Source of the DNA: Eledone cirrhosa
Taxonomy: Eukaryota
NCBI GenBank assembly: GCA_964016885.1
Contig: OZ024751.1
Coordinates: forward strand, 6,510,001-6,574,000
Reading direction: 5' to 3'
DNA: 64,000 nucleotides
Shown here piece by piece: positions 56,856-64,000 of the stretch. Numbering within the stretch: position 1 is the first letter of the stretch; the number at the start of each line of letters is the position of its first letter. The translations under genes were made by a program, and so were the position numbers. The notes beneath the pieces were generated by a model. The model did no database searches and was not told where the DNA came from. It was given only the letters and a program-made list of their open reading frames with translations.

Positions 56856-57042
56856 TTAAAATATGTATATATCTGAAAGCATATGTGTTTGTATTCGTAA
56901 GTGAGCTTGTAAGTTTTCACAAACATTCATTATGCATTTCCTTCCGATGTCAAAAAGTTTGCGGTATATGTAGCCATAATATTATAATCACAGTTCCTTT
57001 ATATAACGATGTTAAATGAACACATTTTTCATGATTTGCATA

Positions 57043-57185
<143 letters not shown>

Positions 57186-57330
57186 CATATATATATAACA
57201 CTTGCGCGTGTTTTACAGCCTGTAAAATCAGCAGATTTTATTTAAATAGAATGATGTGTTCCATCAGAAATGTATACACACATACACACAGACACACACA
57301 TACATGTTTATACACACACACACACACACA

Positions 57331-57372
<42 letters not shown>

Positions 57373-57736
57373 CCCGCAATTTTAATAAAGGAAATCTCAA
57401 TTTCATCTATACGATAACACATTCGGCATATGTAAAAACGCCGCGATATAATGTAATAGAATACTTTTTTGAATCTCGTAATTCTAAAATGTTGCACAAA
57501 CTTCATAAGCAAATCACATCAAATATTACATATAATAACAGTTATTATCGATTCAATATATTGTAATATAAGACATCCACAGAACAGTATTAAATAAGAT
57601 ATTAATGATCTAGCAAATATTATAATCTTCAGATATATATGCAGCGTTCTATTTTCTGTTAAACCTCTGCAAAATAGTTTCACTTTCATGCTTCCCAAAG
57701 TGACTTAATATCCATTATTTAAATAATTTATATTTA

Positions 57737-57806
<70 letters not shown>

Positions 57807-57855
57807 AATATATGTACACACATACAAACACACACACACATATATATGTGTGTGT

Positions 57856-57892
<37 letters not shown>

Positions 57893-57946
57893 CATATATC
57901 CATTGAGAGAGAGACAAAGTGAGAAAGAGAAAGAGGGAGCGAGAGA

Positions 57947-57996
<50 letters not shown>

Positions 57997-58206
57997 ATAT
58001 ATAGATTGTAATATTGTTTTTAAAATCCAACGTCAATAAATACGCCAGGAATTTTTCATTCTGATGATTGAAAGCAACATTTTTTTGCCTTTTAAGAAAC
58101 CACTGGTAAATGAAATAATTGCCTTACGTTGTTTATTACATAACTATTAAGCTCTGTTACCTACATAGAGCACTCTTTTTTCCTGGCCTTTTCCATACGG
58201 AATTAC

Positions 58207-58243
<37 letters not shown>

Positions 58244-58349
58244 AGATAGAGAGAGAAAGAGAGAGAGAGTGAGATAGAGCGAGATAGAGAGAGAGAAAGA
58301 AAATGAGACGGTAAACGATAGCCAGATTGATAGATAAATAGAAACATAT

Positions 58350-58540
58350 TAATCGTTTCTACTTTCGGCACAAGGCCACCAATTACACAGTACATTACTG
58401 GTACTCTATTTTATCGACCCCCGTAAGGATGAAAGGCAAAGTTAACCTCGGTGGGATTTGAACTCAGAATGGCAAGCGCCGTAACTCTATGCGTCAAAGC
58501 ATGGTGTCCGATCCTCTACCGATACAGCCAGTCCACCGCC
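58350..58540 (-). mobile_element. SINE family A, full length
   Basis: Family sequence with flanking duplication tagaaa.atattaat. Confidence 0.85.
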
Positions 58541-58779
58541 CTTAGAAATATATTAATGGGGTAGAAATACATGTAAAGCATGAATACACATCTTCATATT
58601 ATCCTAAGATAGTCTGACTGAGTTCTTCTCATTTTGGTGTAGTGCCTATTGGCCAAATGACTCGTCTGTTCAATTAGGCCTCGTTGCAAGATATTCTTGG
58701 TAGACATTGCATTGAACTATCACTGATGTTGTCCAACTACATTTACATATGTATAAATAGGAGGGTTTGTAGTTACAAT

Positions 58780-59002
58780 CATACACACACACACTCACAT
58801 ATATATATGTATATATGTATATATATATATATGTATATATATATTACATATGTACATATATACACACTCACTCACACAGACACACACACATATATATGTG
58901 TATATATGTATATATGTATATATATATATTACAGACATACACACACACATATATGTATGTATATATGTGTATATATATTACATATGTACAGATACACACA
59001 CT

Positions 59003-59093
<91 letters not shown>

Positions 59094-59423
59094 ATATATA
59101 TATTACATATGTACAGACATACACACACACATATATATATGTATATATGTATATATATATTACATATGTACAGATACACACACACACTCATACACACACA
59201 CATATATATATATGTATATATGTATGTATATATATATATTACATATGTACAGATACACACACTCACACACACATATATGTATATATGTATATATATATTA
59301 CATATGTACAGATACACACACACACTCAGACACACATATATATATGTATATATGTATGTATATATATTACATATGTACAGATATACACACTCACATTTAT
59401 ATATATGCATTTTATATATGTCT

Positions 59424-59459
<36 letters not shown>

Positions 59460-59460
59460 C

Positions 59461-59518
<58 letters not shown>

Positions 59519-59521
59519 TAC

Positions 59522-59559
<38 letters not shown>

Positions 59560-59576
59560 ATATATATATGCATTAA

Positions 59577-59637
<61 letters not shown>

Positions 59638-59645
59638 CTGTGTGT
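58780..59645. repeat. Higher-order microsatellite (unit tattacatatgtacagatacacac.. within TA/CA tracts)
   Basis: tattacatatgtaca recurs about seven times at irregular 60-135 bp spacing. Confidence 0.85.
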
Positions 59646-60405
59646 GGAAAATGCATGGTAACTTGTAGTACTAAGACCAAAAGTGACCCATCCCAGTAAT
59701 AGGTAATCTTGAAAATTGGAGCGAGCCCAACAACATTTCCAGACATGTGATGGAAATGCAATTGATATCCGAAAAATTTGAATATTTGCCAACCAAGCAG
59801 ATAGACGTTTATCTGTGTAACCACAATGTTTGTGTTCACAGCATTAGGATTCTAAATTTTAAAAAATGTATGTGTGCATGTTCATGTGATTTCGAATCTA
59901 GATTTGCTCCGACAGGGTTTGATTCGATTTCATTTCGCGGTACATACAATAGCTAGGAATTGTTCAATATCTTCTGAGTTAAATTTGCCAACTGGAAACT
60001 TTTTAGTGTCAGACTAATCCATCACCCGCTTAACTTAATGTTTAATTGAGGGACATATTGTTGAAAATACATCACCTTCCTAGGTGTTCTATATTTTCTG
60101 AACTCAAAATATGGAATATCTACTTTTCGACGACTTTTATCAATGGTGTAACCAGTGACCTATTTATTACTTGTCTATCATGTCATCATGTCTTTTGGTA
60201 ACCCCATTATATAGCAACGTTGCATTGTAACCGAATATATAGGAATGTATGTTATGTTACCGAATATACAGGAATATACAGTCTGTCAAAAATAGTGTTT
60301 ACATTTCATAGTATGGCTCTTCCAGCGCATCTCCCTTACCATCCTCGGGAAGACGCTTTCCCTATTCTGTCCGGGGGGGGGCAGCGCGTAGGCCCCCAAT
60401 TGCTC

Positions 60406-60570
60406 ATAATTGTTTCTACTTTAGGCACAAGGCCAGCAATTATCCAGTGCATTACTGGTACTTTATTTTATCGACCACGTAAGGATGAAAGGCAAAGTCA
60501 ATCTCGATGGGATTTGAACTCAGATCGTAAAGGGACGTAACTATGCTGGAAAGCATGGTTTCCGACCCTC
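60406..60570 (-). mobile_element. SINE family A, 5'-truncated, inserted in another small repeat
   Basis: Family sequence. The flanks match 42800-42960. Confidence 0.8.
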
Positions 60571-60680
60571 CGAGATGGGGAGAACGAGAGAGATAGAAGG
60601 AGTGACAGTGGGAGTTTGGTCCCTTTGTGTTCGGACCCGGTGTATATGTATATTTTTCACAGACACACACTCACACTGAT

Positions 60681-60872
60681 TCAGGCGGGTGCTGAAAATT
60701 TCCTGGCTTTGGGTAAAAAAATATACCGGAGGATTTGTAAATTATGATTTTATCCATATTTATCTCACAGATTCTCCCAATTGTTGCAGCGGTCCTACTT
60801 CACCCGTAAATGTAACAGCTCTACCCTTTCGCGATACCCTTAAAACCAGGAATCTTTCATCACCCCCTCGTA
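60681..60872. mobile_element. Tc1/mariner-type MITE
   Basis: Imperfect ~30-bp terminal inverted repeats gggtgctgaaaatttcctggcttt and aaaaccaggaatctttcatcaccccctcgTA. Confidence 0.6.
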
Positions 60873-61011
60873 TATGACATGAATTTGTCTCCTATTGAAC
60901 CTATTTCACATGGCGTAACTAAATCATTTACAGCCCCAGTAGGACAATTAAATCCTGAGTGTATCATGTAGATATTGTGAAATGAAGTATACCTTATCAT
61001 ATATATAACAA

Positions 61012-61125
61012 GGACGGTAGAACTACGGATAGAATGCTTTTTTATTCGTTCCGGTTCTCAGAATTCAAATCTCGCCGTCTTCAACTTTGCCTTTCATCCT
61101 TTGGAGGTCGATAAAAAAAAGTACT
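61012..61125 (+). mobile_element. SINE family A, diverged fragment
   Basis: ttcaaatctcgccg..aactttgcctttcatcctttggaggtcgataaaa..gtac. Confidence 0.6.
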
Positions 61126-61377
61126 AATCTATCTCTTTCTAATTTCCTCTTGCTCACTTTCTATCTTCCTCTGGAAGAAATCTGCTATACACAGGCCTCA
61201 AGAAGGATGGTTTACCCAAGAAACACCGATCTTGCTGCTATTTCAAGCGTTAGCCATATATATTCCTTCCATATACTGTGCCGATTCTCATGTTATTTCT
61301 CTTTATATTTTACTCAGACAGACAGACAGACAGGCACACATACACACACACAGTCACACAGTCACACATAGACACAT

Positions 61378-61503
<126 letters not shown>

Positions 61504-61689
61504 GTTGCAGAAATGTGTTGTTTCTCTTCACTACTGGAAGGGCGTAAATAACCACCGACATATCACTATGATTGCATAACTGCACCGATGATTGAGAGAG
61601 CATCTGACGAAGTCATGAGTAACCATGTAACAGAAATATATATAATGCAATCGAAAATTATGGTGATGTAATCCCGTCTTAGCTAGCGT

Positions 61690-61856
61690 TATTTCGGACG
61701 CCATGCTTTGCAGCAAAGAGTTCCGGCACTTGCCATTCTAAGTTCAAATCCTGCAGAGGTTAACTTTGCCTTTCATCCTTACGAGGTCAATAAAATAACG
61801 TACCAGTAATGCACTGGATAGTTGGTGGCCTTGTGCCAAAAAGTAGAAACAATTAT
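61690..61856 (+). mobile_element. SINE family A, 5'-truncated
   Basis: cggacgccatgcttt..gttcaaatcc..gcctttcatccttacgaggtcaataaaa..ggccttgtgccaaaaagtagaaacaattat. Confidence 0.8.
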
Positions 61857-61934
61857 TTTATACATACACACACACACACTCACACACACACTCACACAAA
61901 CACACACACATACAAACACACACAGATACACACA

Positions 61935-61973
<39 letters not shown>

Positions 61974-62250
61974 ACACACACAGACACATATATATATATA
62001 TGTATATATACATATATTGTTAGTTCTATCGTTACTTTGGTATATTATTGTGGGTTAGATTTTGCCTACCACAATGTTCAATTTGTCAAGCTATTTAAAC
62101 GAATGTTATTACTCTAAGGACCTAACTTATCGAGTGCTTTGCTAACTCATCATTTCATATAAGTAGGCCGAATTTGCTTGCAAACCGCCAGAGATTCGAT
62201 TTTACTAAATTTTCAATTATATATATATATATATATTTAAAAGAATAGAG

Positions 62251-62321
<71 letters not shown>

Positions 62322-62699
62322 AAAGAATAGAGCTATATATATATATATATATATACTTGTGTATAATGGTAGCTATGGTGCTTCCATAGGCAGTAACCCA
62401 AAATTAGCACTCGATATTCATCAGAGTAGAGTGTAGATAGTATACAGAAAATGAAAAATCAGTGATGCATCTTGACTCAATTTATTGCGTGTTACAATTA
62501 TTTCGCCGGCAGGTAGCTCGAGACATGGTCCTTGTATGGATCTGGCTGATTCTACGGCTGCAGGTTCCTTCAGACACGGGTAGTTCGTTCGGAGCAAATT
62601 GTATCACTCTTGTTTATATGTTTATATATATATATAGAGATATAAACATAGTGTCTGCATTTCTGTTTCTATGCAAATACAAGAGCAATAATGGCGGGG

Positions 62700-62790
62700 T
62701 CATTCTACTGACATGAATTAAAACGAGGCTGTTTACATAATTGAAAACGAATCGAATATTATTAATATTCGGGAAACTCAGATTACATTT
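62700..62790 (+). mobile_element. 3' fragment of the 31390-31935 family
   Basis: Matches 31833-31928 and ends at (TA)n. Confidence 0.6.
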
Positions 62791-63906
62791 ATATATATAT
62801 ATAAGTGTGTGTGTGTGTAAAGTGAAAGGGAGAGATAGAGAGAGAAAGAACCAGATATATTAATAGAGAGAGAGAAAAATTGACAGCTTAATTTCAGTTC
62901 AGTTCGAATGTTTTATTTCAAATCGAACATCATATTGCATATATACTGCGCTTCATTGCGAGACGTTCAGGTACTGTGTATATCATCATTTAATTGGGAA
63001 TTATGTTTGCTGGGCTAAACTTACTCTACATTTTCTGTTTCTCTTTGTTAGGGAACTATTATTGAAGAATGTAGAAATCGGAATTAACCGTGCACTGAAT
63101 GTATAGAAATTATATCTGAATGATCGATTCATTCAAAATATACATGTTGTATTTAGATTAGGTAGTGCATCATGGATAAATACCCATATGTTACAGCCAA
63201 AGTCGGAAGACGAAGAATGAGCAATGCAATCACCCGACAAAAGAACCCAAGGAAAGAAATTTCTTTCAATATGTGGAATCATTTTCTACTATAAGAAAAC
63301 GGCCAATTCATAAAAGGTGAAATCAATTGAATCATTAAGTAAAATAAGTGTATGAACTCATCTACCTCAGAACTATTGATTACTAAAGTTGACATCTGAC
63401 TTTAACAAATGAAGTCAGCGTAAATATCAATACGGAAAAAGATATTGAAAATTCGCTTTCAAATGTAACGAGGATATTGAATGTAATATGGCAATGTAAA
63501 GAGAATTTATCCATGCATGCATATACTCTTCATTTAACTACATTCTTTGTGTTCTACGAAATATAAGGTTTAAATAAAGAAGAGCGAGATCCTAGCATAA
63601 CGTTTGATTTTACCGATTGAATGTTAACTGGAATTAACTGAGAATTACTCATTGTTTGAAGGAGAAATACCAAGCCAGGAAATAGAATTCTATGAACATA
63701 TGGAAATTCGAATATAACCCAATAAATAAACTTTCATATACATTTACACCATAAATATAAAAATTACTACATAGTATTCGAAGCAATATTACATATACAT
63801 ACACGACGTTCAGCTAACTATAGTTAATAGTTTAGAAAATCTGCCTGATGAAAAGTGTGTGTATGTGAGGTATGTGCGGGGATGTATGTGTGTATATGTG
63901 TTGATG

Positions 63907-63984
<78 letters not shown>

Positions 63985-64000
63985 AAGTTAAATAAAAGTC

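Overview
AT-rich eukaryotic intronic or intergenic DNA, full of (TA)n, (CA)n and (GA)n microsatellites. It is most likely from an octopod cephalopod (inference from the dominant Meta-domain tRNA-derived SINE and the repeat landscape). Nearly all ORFs in the supplied track are microsatellite artefacts. The real content is: (i) many Penelope-like element (PLE) fragments with Neptune-like and Naiad-like RT or GIY-YIG coding pieces, plus non-coding pseudo-LTR (pLTR) derivatives arranged as inverted pairs; (ii) a near full-length, decayed RTE/BovB-like LINE with an HDV-like ribozyme fold at its 5' end, inserted into a PLE RT gene with a 10-bp target-site duplication (TSD); (iii) Expander/Rex3-like RTE and CRE-clade LINE fragments; (iv) two SINE families, MITEs and three minisatellites; (v) two to four phase-compatible candidate exons of an unidentified minus-strand host gene. 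The main signal is about 25 hammerhead ribozyme (HHR) motifs in at least 10 sequence families. They include a circularly permuted, ~420-480 nt retrozyme-like unit carrying an octamer motif, an HHR family with a ~60-nt extended stem II, a family with a non-canonical CAGAAGA core, and a triple nested palindrome holding six HHRs. All folds and alignments were done by eye and none is computationally or experimentally verified.
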